From: a virus
Direction: 5' to 3' (one strand)
IMG/VR virus record: IMGVR_UViG_3300042290_000544
Length of the DNA stretch: 64,000 nt
Below, piece by piece: positions 19,501-29,833 of the stretch. The first letter of the stretch is position 1. Every line of letters starts with the position of its first letter. The notes under the pieces are model-generated. The model saw nothing but the letters and a program-made list of their open reading frames with translations, did not search any database and was not told where the DNA came from. The position numbers were made by a program, and so were the translations under genes.

Positions 19501-22227
19501 GCAACGGTAGTCTGGATGAGTTACGGCACCAATGCTGTGACCATAGAAGCTATCAACGACAAAACCATTCTTATACCGTTGAGCGATACCATCATTTGCA
19601 AGAATCTGGCGGTCGGTCGTATCCTTCTCGAGGAGTGACAGAGAGGTATAGTATTCCAGTTTTGAAACACGTTTCTCGATTTTACCAATATCACGCATTG
19701 TATAGCGTTTATTGTCCACCATTGTAGGAATGATGTCTTCACCGCCAAAGGTATATGCACCAAGACGAATGGTATAAAGAACCATTGAATCGTTTGGATC
19801 CTGTGGAGGTGTTGGAGAAATTGCTGAAATACCTTCGACAACTCCAAAATTACCCTTCTTATCCACAAAGATTTTATCTACGCGAGAGAGATAATAGTCA
19901 AGGTCTGCTTCGAACAGACTGTTTGGGCTTACCATTGATGTTAGATCGCCACCAGCGAAGGTAGTTTCATCTGCACCGTTCTTGGAAGGACGGAAATCAA
20001 TTGCATCGCGGAGCTGAATTAAGCCCTTCGACGATTGAAATGCAGGAATCAAAGAATAATCGATCAAATATGAATTGCGGCTGAAATAGTCACCAGCACT
20101 ATGAGTAAAATGCTTAAACTCAATTCGAAGTTTTCCTGTAGGAGCGGAAGCGGTTGCTTTTAATTGAATTTTTGCTACATCATAAAAATTGTCGCGCTGA
20201 CCATTATCTACAATATAGTTTTCGGTAACATTTTTGCTTAAAGTAGTTGCGTTTTGAGTTGGATTTTCGGAATCGTAAATTGCCGTTACCTCAAATAGAT
20301 CCGTAACCCCAAGAGAAATTGTGTTTGACGGAGAGGTGATATTTAACGGCTCTGGTGTAGTAAGAGTCTTTACCTTTCTGGCTTTTCTGCGACGAGCAAG
20401 AGCAATGACTCTTACGGTATGACCGTTTGTTGCACTATTAAATGTAAGAGTAAGTGTATTATTGCGGGTAGTCGGATGTTCAGCACCCGCGCTGGGCGCC
20501 GTCGAGGGAGTATAACGTAGACCTGTAGTAGTATCTACTGCAATATAATCGGCTGCATCACCCTGAGGGAAAAACTCATTGGTGTCGCCTGATTTAGTCC
20601 ATGTTCCAGAACTTACAACGTCGTCGTATGATCTAAGGGTATAATAGGCAACATCGCTTACATCATCAACAACGTCAACGGGCAGTTTAAAGAGAAGTGA
20701 ATTATTCGCGGTTTCTTGAAGAATTGCAGAGCCAGAAATGTTACCAGAGAAGTCATACCCATCGACAGAACTTTCAAGAGTTGCCGTTGAGCTGAATGAC
20801 TGCCCAGCGTTCATCTGAATATCAAATAGATATAAACGATAAACACCGACGCCAGAAGGCGTCATGGCACGAGCACGAGCAAATCCAATAGTTGTGGATC
20901 CAGAATTTTTAAGTGTGATTCTAGTGAAACCGTTAATGTCTGGAAGACCAGAATTTGTAGCAAGAGTAATGTAAACGTAATTACCAACAAGAGCATTTAA
21001 AACTGCGCCGTCAAAGGTATCCTTTTCGCGGGCTTTCGGAACCTCAACGTATTTAGTATCCAGAAGTTCAATACGGTAGCCATTTACATAAGCAATAGAT
21101 GGTTCAATGCCAACAGCCAAACGCTTTTCACCATACGCAGCAGCCGTGAGACCGCCAAGATTGCGTACATTTGAACCAATCTGGTCCGCAGTATAGAGAC
21201 CGCCATTTGAATTTGCATTTAGATATTGGCGAATATTGATTTGGAATGGTCGTACTGTATAATTTCCGGATTCCTCAAATGTTCGTTGAGCAAGAATATC
21301 ACCAAGTTCCGAATATTGAGTACGGGCTTTAGATACTACTCTACCGTCTTTAATAACCATCAATTGAATGATGTTATTTTCTGTGCGGTCGGCAAACTGA
21401 TATGGCTGCACCTGGAGCTCAAGTGAAATCTGATAACGATCGGCACCTGGAGCCGCAGTATTTGGAGTGCCAATAGAATTATCAAAAAGTGAAGATGCTT
21501 CACCTTCGCCGGCTGTAACAATACCTTCGGTGACTGCATAAACAATACGACCCGAACCAACCGGATTGTATTTTGAAAGAATTACTGAGCTTTGTGGCGT
21601 GTAAACAAAATTACCGGATACAAAGAATACGCCTTCCGATACTGTAACGCGGGTACCTTTACCAATAGGGAGTGTATTTGCGGCTTTTACTTTTACACGG
21701 AATGGCTCATCGGCAGCAGCAATTTCTTCTGGAGTTTGAGAAAGAACCAGAACTTCCTGAGCGTAAAATGATTTGTCAATACCAGCAGCATTTAAAGTCG
21801 TTTCGGAATTCGACGAGGTATAATGAATGTAAAGAGTTAATGGATTATTTTCGTCGATGTACGGAGTGTAATCAATGACGGTAGCAGTAATTCCAGTGAA
21901 CTCGCCGGTAAGGGTTCTTCCGATAAAGTTACCGTTTGCCGATTGAGTTACCGAATCATATGGTAAGCCAGAACTGTAATCAAAACCAGATTCAATTTTA
22001 ACGAATGCAAATGCGGTATCCAATGATGCCTCACCACCAATGACAGAGGAACCATCCTTAAATACGTGACGACCGAAACGGTCGATTTGTGCTTGGATGG
22101 ATGTCTGAAGCTGGGTTAACTCTCTTGCTTGTATTGAATATCCAGGCTTGAAAAGAATTCTTTGATAATTCTTTTCCTGATTGAAATCATCATAATACGG
22201 AGCAAGTGGGAATACTTTAAGAGGCAT
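16531..22227 (-). CDS. VrlC-like (DUF4815) large virion structural protein
   Basis: 1898 aa; PYYDDF..KNYQRILFKPG..QARELTQLQ, NKRYTMRDIG.IEKRV..LEYYTSLSLLE and DPLAQSF motifs. Confidence 0.9.
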   Translation of the reverse strand: MPLKVFPLAPYYDDFNQEKNYQRILFKPGYSIQARELTQLQTSIQAQIDRFGRHVFKDGSSVIGGEASLDTAFAFVKIESGFDYSSGLPYDSVTQSANGNFIGRTLTGEFTGITATVIDYTPYIDENNPLTLYIHYTSSNSETTLNAAGIDKSFYAQEVLVLSQTPEEIAAADEPFRVKVKAANTLPIGKGTRVTVSEGVFFVSGNFVYTPQSSVILSKYNPVGSGRIVYAVTEGIVTAGEGEASSLFDNSIGTPNTAAPGADRYQISLELQVQPYQFADRTENNIIQLMVIKDGRVVSKARTQYSELGDILAQRTFEESGNYTVRPFQINIRQYLNANSNGGLYTADQIGSNVRNLGGLTAAAYGEKRLAVGIEPSIAYVNGYRIELLDTKYVEVPKAREKDTFDGAVLNALVGNYVYITLATNSGLPDINGFTRITLKNSGSTTIGFARARAMTPSGVGVYRLYLFDIQMNAGQSFSSTATLESSVDGYDFSGNISGSAILQETANNSLLFKLPVDVVDDVSDVAYYTLRSYDDVVSSGTWTKSGDTNEFFPQGDAADYIAVDTTTGLRYTPSTAPSAGAEHPTTRNNTLTLTFNSATNGHTVRVIALARRRKARKVKTLTTPEPLNITSPSNTISLGVTDLFEVTAIYDSENPTQNATTLSKNVTENYIVDNGQRDNFYDVAKIQLKATASAPTGKLRIEFKHFTHSAGDYFSRNSYLIDYSLIPAFQSSKGLIQLRDAIDFRPSKNGADETTFAGGDLTSMVSPNSLFEADLDYYLSRVDKIFVDKKGNFGVVEGISAISPTPPQDPNDSMVLYTIRLGAYTFGGEDIIPTMVDNKRYTMRDIGKIEKRVSKLEYYTSLSLLEKDTTDRQILANDGIAQRYKNGFVVDSFYGHSIGAVTHPDYRCSIDKANGRLRPSFHQDNVRLTWNSSPLSNTTNVRKSSSLITLDYTQQALISQPYASMAEFVNPYNVFTWKGDMTLSPESDEWKETQRRPEVVIDQSGTYDSLRYGAEEDGVIGTVWNEWQDNWTGVSSESAITNIDNDYNSYKRTSTTTLTTTTRTEQARSGIRTSVVPDTVTTDMGDRTVEINFVPFIRSRMIYFRADGLKPNTKLHAFFDNTLVDQYVHEEAYQVYSSRTDNTNYINATQHPDYVTGTLLETDEAGRIAGSFIIPSTSSVKFKTGVRIFRLTDSETNDRVKESTGAEAVYDARGLLETKENVVVSTRVPRITRTQIGENRTVSNTSRSTTSSETDIQRSPLPPATIVSPVDTNTTTPNVGPSPEVQPPPAPWTWLLAPPWLDNSVGAPSVIVDETVPPGETTYTDYTEVPPDTESLISPPEAIVIPVVEEDNTPTETTLVPPSEPWVWDVFSQDAHQIKWVDPLAQSFLIDLQGGAFITSLDLYFKDKDENLPITLDIRVMENGIPTPRVVPFSVVKASADNILVSEDATVPTRFNFEAPVHLLQGVEYCFVLISNSDKYKVWVSEVGGYDITNPAFRITSQPHLGVMFKSQNASTWTPDQTRDIKFVMNRAVFYSTGTVVLNELPLPSRALKVNPLTTTSSSRDVIVFHKNHGHTNGSKVTISGITSAVNGIPIIELNKTHTVSDVEIDSYVITVATTSATSSGLSGGSAVVATENRMFDVLNPIVQQLILPDTDLYWSVQTTQGKSLAGGESFGELVASEDAPYVKVNDNTFFTTPRVILSEPERTNIPGLNNSFILEGTLVSLRNNISPVIDLDRLSLITISNRIDNPYIPSSGSTLGDDENEVRNPISEETSVGGSALAKYITRKVELNDPASALKIYFLANRPAASDIKVYYKVAYHPDVDFEALGWKEGQPDAEIPISDDPNNYLEIEYTIGDNVDELDGNFTAFAIKVVFISSNSSQIPTLRDFRAVAVT

Positions 22228-22244
22228 AGTAGTACAGAATTAAA

Positions 22245-23627
22245 TTAGAATTCAATGATGATCTTTACGTCTTCGATCTGAGATAAGGTGCGATTAATGG
22301 CCTTTCTGTTTTCAAGGAATAGAATCTCGCCGCTAAATCTTTGTACTTCGGGATTTCCAAGAGAAACAATTTCAGCTTCACCGACGTCGCCAGTTCCATT
22401 AACAAATTCATCTACCATAAATGCGGTGTAACCGGTTTTATCATTTTGGTGATACTTTAACTGGCCTGATGGCACGTCATATGCATCAACAAATGCAATT
22501 GCACCAGAATCTTGCCCAACGATATAATCTGTTACCTGAATACCAGTGTCAACAGTGCTACCAAAAGTCATTGTTTTTAATGCGGAATATGTTTGTTCGG
22601 TTGCTGCAGCACCTGCAATCGTCTTTGGATTCTTGATGATACCAATCTGTCTGAAGCTATTTTCAACAATAAAGTCACCGGAGCCGTCATCCTCTTCAAG
22701 ACGAACATTAATACCAATAAAGAAGGCTCCAAGTTCTTTTACTGGATCCGAACCGTGACCCTGAGCCGGAGAAAGAACAGGTTGAATGATTGCACCACTG
22801 CCGCCATATACGCCCGTGTTTAACTCGACAAATGCTACCGTATAACCGGATCCCGCATTACCCTCAAATGTACCGCTCGAGGTTCTTACCCTTACATCGG
22901 TAATAACACCACTTGAATCCACTGTTGCTGTGGCTGCAGCTGCAGTTCCATTGCCACGAATAATTACTGTTGGTGGATTGGCTTGGCTATAACCGGCACC
23001 GCCATTTAGAACTTTGTAACGGTAGATTTTACCATTTAGGTTGGCAATACTTTGTTGCTGATTAGTAAATTTAATTTGATCTTCATCATTTAAATCGCCA
23101 TCATCAATAACGGTTTTTACTGGAATATAGAAATTTGTAAGGAATTTAGAACCATCGGAAAGAGAGATGGTGAACATATACTTCCAAAGGTATCCATCGG
23201 CTTCAAATTGTGGATACAGTTCGGTATGTGTTGGTTTGTTTACAGAGGCACCAGTACCGGCGCGAATGCACTTGTAAACCTTAAATTCATCGGTAATGGC
23301 ATAGAACTCTTTAGTAAAAATGTCATTATCACCGTCATCCCACGGAGTATAACCAAGACCCGATGTCCAATTGTGACGCGGCGAAAGATTAATGATCTGA
23401 CTGGAGTTCACCTTTTTCATGGCAATCATATTCTGCCACGCATCATTTATCTCGGAAATCGTATCCAGCGGAGTCGTAGCAGCGCTATCGGTATTAATGT
23501 CTTTAGAAGTAGACCATGCGTCCGACTTACCAATAAAGACATATACGCTGTTGGATACATCGGCTGTTGAAGCAATAAAATTGTTTGCGTTTTCCAGACG
23601 GAATTGTGAGGTAATGATTGCTGACAT
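22245..23627 (-). CDS. gp8: baseplate wedge subunit
   Basis: MSAIITSQFR, YVFIGK..W, VYKC, DGYLWKYMF, GHGSDPVKELG and C-terminal EDVKIIIEF. Confidence 0.9.
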   Translation of the reverse strand: MSAIITSQFRLENANNFIASTADVSNSVYVFIGKSDAWSTSKDINTDSAATTPLDTISEINDAWQNMIAMKKVNSSQIINLSPRHNWTSGLGYTPWDDGDNDIFTKEFYAITDEFKVYKCIRAGTGASVNKPTHTELYPQFEADGYLWKYMFTISLSDGSKFLTNFYIPVKTVIDDGDLNDEDQIKFTNQQQSIANLNGKIYRYKVLNGGAGYSQANPPTVIIRGNGTAAAATATVDSSGVITDVRVRTSSGTFEGNAGSGYTVAFVELNTGVYGGSGAIIQPVLSPAQGHGSDPVKELGAFFIGINVRLEEDDGSGDFIVENSFRQIGIIKNPKTIAGAAATEQTYSALKTMTFGSTVDTGIQVTDYIVGQDSGAIAFVDAYDVPSGQLKYHQNDKTGYTAFMVDEFVNGTGDVGEAEIVSLGNPEVQRFSGEILFLENRKAINRTLSQIEDVKIIIEF

Positions 23628-23635
23628 AGAAGAAA

Positions 23636-26116
23636 TTAGTAGAGTTCGATCGAGGATCCGACGTTATTCCAGTTTATTGAATTATTTATATCATTTCCGA
23701 TGACGTAATCTGAGTAATCGGAAATTGGTGTTTCATCAAAGAATTTAAGCTGTTTTGAATAATTTGATTTTAGTATGCCTCTTTGATTTGAATTTTGGGC
23801 TACAAGTTGAAGGATAAGAACAATATCCGTCCAATCCCATGTTGCTTTACCGCTGTGCATCGTACGATATGCGCCGGTAAAGTAATCATCAACGGTATGT
23901 GACGCATATGATTTTTGCCCCTCGATGCTATCCGCAGAGGTAATGGTACCGTCTAAATCTTCAATTGCAAGGGATTTTGTCGTATAGTTATAGGCTCTCA
24001 CTTTGGCTCTTGCAACTCTGGTCTCACCGTCATAAAGGGTAACATATTCGCCTGGACGGTAGCGTTTTACATTGGAACCGCTTAGATCAAGGTAGTAGGT
24101 CTGAATCGGCGCATCCGATTGAATTCCAGAAGTAATGACCTTAGAAGTCCCCGAAGTCTGACCGATTAGAGTCTCACCTTCATAGAAGTCCTTAATGCCG
24201 AGAGAATTCGCACTTACATTACGGAGAACAGTATGCCCGTACTTACGTTTAACATATAGCGTTTCACCATTTACAATTTCAGTACCAATACGATCTTGAT
24301 CGCCGACAGTGGTATAATACTTGATAGATTCAAACATCTGTACCTCGGCAGTAACACCGGAGGTCTGACCCACAACAATCTCGCCAGGGATAAAGAATGC
24401 ATTATCCGAAAGAGTTTCCGCGGTAATAATGTAATTGATGTCTCTAATTACCTGTGAAAGGACCAGGAGAGGAATATCTTCAAGACCGATGAGGCCTGGT
24501 TGATATTTTGTCATCTTTGAAGCCAACCACTCTCTTAAAAGATTCGGATCGGTGACATCGGCATCGGTGGCATCGGCGAGTGGTAACATCTCGCCGGTTT
24601 CGGGATCCTTTAAACGGTTTTGTTTAATTACCTGATAAGTTTCGCCATCATTCAAGAGTTTTAGAAGGATCAGAACCTCTCCGAAGAAAATAAATCCGGC
24701 TGGGTGGACAAGACGATTAAATTCATTTCTCCATGCACTTACAGTCTGACCAGTTCTAATAACATAGGAGAATTGTTGATAGAAATAAGAATCTTGTAGC
24801 TTCTTAATATCGGAAAGAAAGCCATTACTATCTAGATACTTTCCAGGAGTGTAAATTGATATGAAATTTCTGTTGTCATCTTCACCAACTAATTGATCTA
24901 ATATGTTAAAATTACCCGATGGGTTTTTAACTACAAGAGTATTTGTGGTAGAGTTATACGCCGTAACAGTTGCAAAGGACTCCGAGACGCTTCCAGTAAT
25001 TCTTTCTCCGATGGTATAAAATCCTGGGTTCGGAGAGTCAGCCAATTCAAACTGAATTAGAATGTTGCCGTCCTGGTAGATTGAAAGTATGGCACCGGAA
25101 TTTATTTCGGCACTTATGAACGAACGGTTTTCACCCGGCATATCATGTCGGGTATTAATATCATTCGGATCGCTTTGGATCGTCGTAACTCTGCTTGAAA
25201 CAACTGAATCGGCGCCCGTCAGGCCCGTACCAATACCACTATCTGCTGTAATGATTCTGCAAGCCAAAATATCATCAGAGAAACTTACGACATACGCAGT
25301 TGCTATTTGATTGTCGGAACTATCCTTGATTGAAACAGTTTCTCCCGCGTGATAATAACCATAATACTCAACGCCGCTATCGGGGTGCGTCCATGGGGTG
25401 CCTGGGGCAACTGTAATATAGGTATAATTTCCAGAAACCGTTTCACCTTTTATGAATCCGTTTGTAAGAGATGGATCATATCCCGCCGGAATTCTAATAC
25501 CTTTTAAGGTGAGAACGTCACCCACATAGGAATCAACAATTGCTGTTACACCAATCTCGGAACCCGTAACTGTTTCACCTTTAGTGAATGAATTCATTGA
25601 ACCCGTTACGCTTTCTAAAACAACACTAAATTTCATCAGTTGTTTTTGGTCGAACAACTTTACTTTAGCCGGTCTACGAGATATTGTATCCCATGTACCG
25701 GATGAAGGAACCAACATATCTTCACGAGGATAATATACCTCAACGTTGTCGGAGAACAGAATCTTAAAAAACAATTCGACTGAATCCGTAGAACCGCGGA
25801 TCGTATAATACCGCATTAGGTTCTTATACAATTTAACCTTATCGGCAACAACTGTACGAGGAACTGAAAATGCAATTTCCCTTTGAATTAGATCCAAATA
25901 CTCATAATCGGCACTATCAATGTCGCGGACGTCATTAATTGAATCAATTTCGTAGCTCGGCATCCCGCGCTCATTCATATGTTCATAGTAATCTTTTAAA
26001 AGATCAATAAGAACCTTAGAATTTTCACGTAGTTCATCGGGAAAGAGAGATTCAATACGAACCGTCTCTTTTGTCTTTTTACGCGTGCTGGCAATACTTT
26101 CGACGGTATGTAGCAT
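23636..26116 (-). CDS. gp7: baseplate wedge initiator
   Basis: RGSTDSVELFFKILF, LQDSYFYQQFSYVI and LVHPAGF motifs; lies between gp6 and gp8. Confidence 0.8.
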   Translation of the reverse strand: MLHTVESIASTRKKTKETVRIESLFPDELRENSKVLIDLLKDYYEHMNERGMPSYEIDSINDVRDIDSADYEYLDLIQREIAFSVPRTVVADKVKLYKNLMRYYTIRGSTDSVELFFKILFSDNVEVYYPREDMLVPSSGTWDTISRRPAKVKLFDQKQLMKFSVVLESVTGSMNSFTKGETVTGSEIGVTAIVDSYVGDVLTLKGIRIPAGYDPSLTNGFIKGETVSGNYTYITVAPGTPWTHPDSGVEYYGYYHAGETVSIKDSSDNQIATAYVVSFSDDILACRIITADSGIGTGLTGADSVVSSRVTTIQSDPNDINTRHDMPGENRSFISAEINSGAILSIYQDGNILIQFELADSPNPGFYTIGERITGSVSESFATVTAYNSTTNTLVVKNPSGNFNILDQLVGEDDNRNFISIYTPGKYLDSNGFLSDIKKLQDSYFYQQFSYVIRTGQTVSAWRNEFNRLVHPAGFIFFGEVLILLKLLNDGETYQVIKQNRLKDPETGEMLPLADATDADVTDPNLLREWLASKMTKYQPGLIGLEDIPLLVLSQVIRDINYIITAETLSDNAFFIPGEIVVGQTSGVTAEVQMFESIKYYTTVGDQDRIGTEIVNGETLYVKRKYGHTVLRNVSANSLGIKDFYEGETLIGQTSGTSKVITSGIQSDAPIQTYYLDLSGSNVKRYRPGEYVTLYDGETRVARAKVRAYNYTTKSLAIEDLDGTITSADSIEGQKSYASHTVDDYFTGAYRTMHSGKATWDWTDIVLILQLVAQNSNQRGILKSNYSKQLKFFDETPISDYSDYVIGNDINNSINWNNVGSSIELY

Positions 26117-26121
26117 AATAA

Positions 26122-28020
26122 TTAACGGTGGCGAGAGGTTGTGGTGTAATTAATAGCTCCCGCAGTACCGGCAACAGCGATTGTATCAATTTCACCTGTT
26201 ACGGATGTTGCCGCCATAGAAACCTGTAATAGTTGATTTCTCTTTGGGGCTAGATCGTTCGAGTTTGGTGTTGCCGTAATACGAATTGGTGTTGCGGAAT
26301 CTGGAATAAAATTGTCAATAATAACTCTACCTTCGGAAAGATAAATTTTGCCGGCGTCGCGGATTCTTATCTTATTGCCAGAAACTAAACGGTAGATATA
26401 CACGGTACGGTCTCCGTATTCGACACGTTTTGTTGGATCTGTATTTGTTGTAGGTGAATCTGAAAAATAGTATTCGATACCATTTTGTAGGAATGATGTT
26501 GATTCGATTACTTCCTCGGAGGTACTTGATTTGTAAATAGGAGCAGAGAAATCAAGAGTTACAGAATTTAGTTTTCCAACGACCGGAGTAAAATCCCTGT
26601 ACATATACACGCGGATTAAAGAATTTAGGATTGATGGATCGGCCGAATCAATGTTCTTCGATAACTGAGAATATCTAAATACACCGTCGAATTTATTCAG
26701 ATTGTCATCATTATAGTCGCTAATGGTCTGGCGTACTAATGACTGTAATTCAATCTTAGTGCGGTCGGTTAAATTTGGATTGTACTTAAAAAACACTTCC
26801 AATTTAAGATATGAGTATTCAGGATCAACGATGACGGGAGTAATGGAAACAACATTCTTACCCTTCAGAATCGTAGAAATGATTTGGGTCCTCTGAACTT
26901 CATTGAGTACCGTACCGTCCGGACCGTTTGGTTTGACCGAAATAAATACCTTGCCGTAGTTTGGTATAATAGAATCCTCACCACCCCAAACAGAAATTGA
27001 ACTGATACCGCCAAATTCTTTTAGAATAATTGCACGGTAATCATCGGCGGTTACGGCACGATTTTGAGATACAAAGGTAATTGGGGCATTGAATTTGATT
27101 GATTCAATTGATTCTCTCTGTGCGCCCCCGTATGTAAGAGGTGTGGCGGCGAGTAGTGTTGTTGCAACATACTCTTTTGAATAACCTTGGAATGTACCAT
27201 AAGCTCCCACATTATCGTATGCATTTACTACGGAGCCATTGTTTGCTGCATCACCACTGGTATAAATGTATTCAACCTCGACAATCTGATTTGATTGTGG
27301 TCTATTTCCAAGAGTATCATCCCCGAAATAGATTTCATATTTTCCAGCGGCATTTTCTTGAATAAAATAGATAAGAGATTCCGGACCAATGTTCAGAAGA
27401 GTGCTGAATTTAGTATAGATTGTGTAATCGTTGGATGTTTCGTTGGCTTTAAGACGGACGCGGAGTGTGGTAGTATCAATGTTAGTGTCCGGAATCTCAA
27501 ATTTTTGCGATGGTAATGATGTATCCACGCGATACAACATTCTCTTTAAAGTGCCTTCCTTCAAGGTAACCTCGTCGAATACATACTTGTTATCCGAGTT
27601 ACGTGCAGTTGTAAGAGGTTCTAAATTTACAAAGTTATATTTGGTAGAATCAATAATTGAAGTAAAACGAGTACCGCGATTCAGTTGAAGCTCTGCCGGT
27701 GCATTTAATAGATTTGATGGCGATACGACGACCCTAACCTTTGCAGTTGTAGCAAGAGTGGAACGAGGCGTGTATCCCAACAGTTTGGCGTGTGAGACTA
27801 CGTTGCCACGAATCTGTGCGGTATCTAAAAAGGTCTCATTCATTGAGAAGTGAGCCAGCATCGCATTGTAATGCGTGTTATATGCCAGAACGTCTAAAAG
27901 CACCGACAGACCCGACCCCTCAAAGTTCCAGTCATTGTACTTTGACTGAAGTTTAAAGTGCTCCTTGATGTTTGCTTTGATTTTATCAAAGTCTAGTTCG
28001 GTTACATTAAATTGTGCCAT
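26122..28020 (-). CDS. gp6: baseplate wedge subunit
   Basis: LDFDKIK, FEGSGLSVLLDVLAYNTHY, QNRAVTADDY and WGGED..P.YGKVFIS. Confidence 0.95.
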   Translation of the reverse strand: MAQFNVTELDFDKIKANIKEHFKLQSKYNDWNFEGSGLSVLLDVLAYNTHYNAMLAHFSMNETFLDTAQIRGNVVSHAKLLGYTPRSTLATTAKVRVVVSPSNLLNAPAELQLNRGTRFTSIIDSTKYNFVNLEPLTTARNSDNKYVFDEVTLKEGTLKRMLYRVDTSLPSQKFEIPDTNIDTTTLRVRLKANETSNDYTIYTKFSTLLNIGPESLIYFIQENAAGKYEIYFGDDTLGNRPQSNQIVEVEYIYTSGDAANNGSVVNAYDNVGAYGTFQGYSKEYVATTLLAATPLTYGGAQRESIESIKFNAPITFVSQNRAVTADDYRAIILKEFGGISSISVWGGEDSIIPNYGKVFISVKPNGPDGTVLNEVQRTQIISTILKGKNVVSITPVIVDPEYSYLKLEVFFKYNPNLTDRTKIELQSLVRQTISDYNDDNLNKFDGVFRYSQLSKNIDSADPSILNSLIRVYMYRDFTPVVGKLNSVTLDFSAPIYKSSTSEEVIESTSFLQNGIEYYFSDSPTTNTDPTKRVEYGDRTVYIYRLVSGNKIRIRDAGKIYLSEGRVIIDNFIPDSATPIRITATPNSNDLAPKRNQLLQVSMAATSVTGEIDTIAVAGTAGAINYTTTSRHR

Positions 28021-28031
28021 AAGAAAAAGGT

Positions 28032-28499
28032 TTAGCGAAGACGTACTAAATAAACTGAAATGTTGACTTCCGTATCGATGGTAATAACTCTGAAGCCGAT
28101 TGTAACATTATACCGATTGCGGTCGGAATCATCTATAATTTGAATTGTTACCGAATCAACGCGAGGCTCGTACTGAGTAATTACTCGTTTAATTGATTCT
28201 CTGATGGCAATTGCCGTGAGCCGGTCGGCTGGTTCAAACAGTAGCGATCTTAAATTGGAACCGAGTTTCGGCTGAAAAGGACGCTCATTATAGTTTGTAA
28301 GAACTAGGTTCTTTACGGCCGCTCTTACGGCATCAATATCTATCAATGGAACAATATCACCAAGCTGTCCTTCTTCTCTCACAATCGGATATATCTGTAA
28401 GGATAGATCCAAGTCGGTATATTGACGATTCTTGGAGACAATCGCGGCTCTCCGAGCCAATACCGATTTATCTGAAAGAGGGTCTTGTAATATAGCCAT
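28032..28499 (-). CDS. gp25: baseplate wedge subunit
   Basis: YTDLDL, VKNLVLTN..ERPFQP.LGS.L..LLFE and YEPRV. Confidence 0.92.
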   Translation of the reverse strand: MAILQDPLSDKSVLARRAAIVSKNRQYTDLDLSLQIYPIVREEGQLGDIVPLIDIDAVRAAVKNLVLTNYNERPFQPKLGSNLRSLLFEPADRLTAIAIRESIKRVITQYEPRVDSVTIQIIDDSDRNRYNVTIGFRVITIDTEVNISVYLVRLR

Positions 28500-28507
28500 G
28501 AGTTACC

Positions 28508-28515
28508 TATTTATA
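28508..28515 (-). promoter_or_regulatory. T4 late promoter TATAAATA
   Basis: Exact consensus 8 nt before the gp25 ATG. Confidence 0.85.
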
Positions 28516-28520
28516 AGTAT

Positions 28521-28778
28521 TTACCCACAATTAACCGTTGCGGTAGATGCTGCAACGTGACCGCAGGACGCCTTATCTCCCGACCGAGAAACACCCTTAC
28601 CACCAATAAAAACCTTGGTCGATTTTTCTATCATCTTGGCGCTTGAATGGACTCCGGCACCATGAGAAGCTATTGGATCTTGATCCACAACAATTGCTTT
28701 ACCATTTGCAAAAACAGTGGATTGGGTTGCTGTAACCTTACCTCCGACAATGCTTTGATCTAATAATACTGCTGGCAT
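28521..28778 (-). CDS. PAAR-repeat spike tip (gp5.4-like); start revised to 28778
   Basis: MPAV..., TVFANGKAI, KVFIGGKGVSRSGDKASCGH; the longer track ORF overlaps the upstream gene. Confidence 0.85.
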   Translation of the reverse strand: MPAVLLDQSIVGGKVTATQSTVFANGKAIVVDQDPIASHGAGVHSSAKMIEKSTKVFIGGKGVSRSGDKASCGHVAASTATVNCG

Positions 28779-28779
28779 A

Positions 28780-29832
28780 TTATGCAGATTTTTTGTTTTG
28801 CTGGTAATCCGAATGATTAAGAACCAACACTTTATTACGGTTGAGCAGTAATTCCGTAAGAACGATATAATCCGAATAGTTTCCAAATTCGGGATTCATA
28901 TTTAATTTGTTTTTCTCGACCACAAATGCTTCGTTATTTGGATTTATTAAATACTGTTCATAAATTTTACGCCAAGCAACTATAGAACCAATTGCTTGAA
29001 CCTTGTCAAGATAGATCTTCTGATGGGTTTTGTGTGTACTGTTTACAGCAATTTCTTCGGCTGTAAGTAGACCTGCTGCCTCTAATTGGTCCGAACTCAT
29101 TCCAAAACTTTTCATTTTGTTTCCAAAAACGCCAGTTGGAGTCTTACCACTTACATTTGTGTCAAATTGTTTTTCGGCTATTTTGATTTCTTTAATTAAA
29201 GGCGTATGAATTTCATCTTGATAAGATTTTTCCACCTCGGTTGCATAATCGGTTACAACTGTATAACTAAACCCCGAATTGCTTATTGTAGTGTCCGAAG
29301 TTTTATCGACTATCGTAGGAACCACAGAAACCGCAATAGGAGGACTTTCATTCGGAATAATTGCAGCCTTAGATTCAATGGAAATTGCACCTGTTTCAGG
29401 ATTAATCTTGATGTTTGGTAGGTCTTGGCAATAGTCCAATGGAGTTTTACTGAATAGATCGGTTGCCCTTGTGATGTACCCTTCAAGATCCGGAACCTTT
29501 CCTTTCCAGCGATTCAGTATTGCAGCAATTGTTGCGGGCGATGGGTTGTTCTGAAGCGAAGCTAGATCGGATTGGAAGGAATAAAACTCTTCGATCTTTG
29601 GCTGAATTGCCAACAGTTTTTCATTTGCGGTATTGATTAAAGTTCCCAATGTACCGAGTGCGCCCTTACCACTGGCAAGTTCATCCTTAATTTTGTTTTG
29701 AATCAATGTTAAAGCATCGAGTGCTGGATTCTGACCGCACGGAAGATTCACCGAAACTATACTTGTCGGAATACTCGGAAATTGTGGTACCGATGGGATT
29801 GACGGGATGGATATATTCTGTAATGTAGCCAT
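28780..29832 (-). CDS. hypothetical protein between gp5 and PAAR
   Basis: 350-aa ORF tightly packed between gp5 and PAAR. Confidence 0.7.
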   Translation of the reverse strand: MATLQNISIPSIPSVPQFPSIPTSIVSVNLPCGQNPALDALTLIQNKIKDELASGKGALGTLGTLINTANEKLLAIQPKIEEFYSFQSDLASLQNNPSPATIAAILNRWKGKVPDLEGYITRATDLFSKTPLDYCQDLPNIKINPETGAISIESKAAIIPNESPPIAVSVVPTIVDKTSDTTISNSGFSYTVVTDYATEVEKSYQDEIHTPLIKEIKIAEKQFDTNVSGKTPTGVFGNKMKSFGMSSDQLEAAGLLTAEEIAVNSTHKTHQKIYLDKVQAIGSIVAWRKIYEQYLINPNNEAFVVEKNKLNMNPEFGNYSDYIVLTELLLNRNKVLVLNHSDYQQNKKSA

Positions 29833-29833
29833 T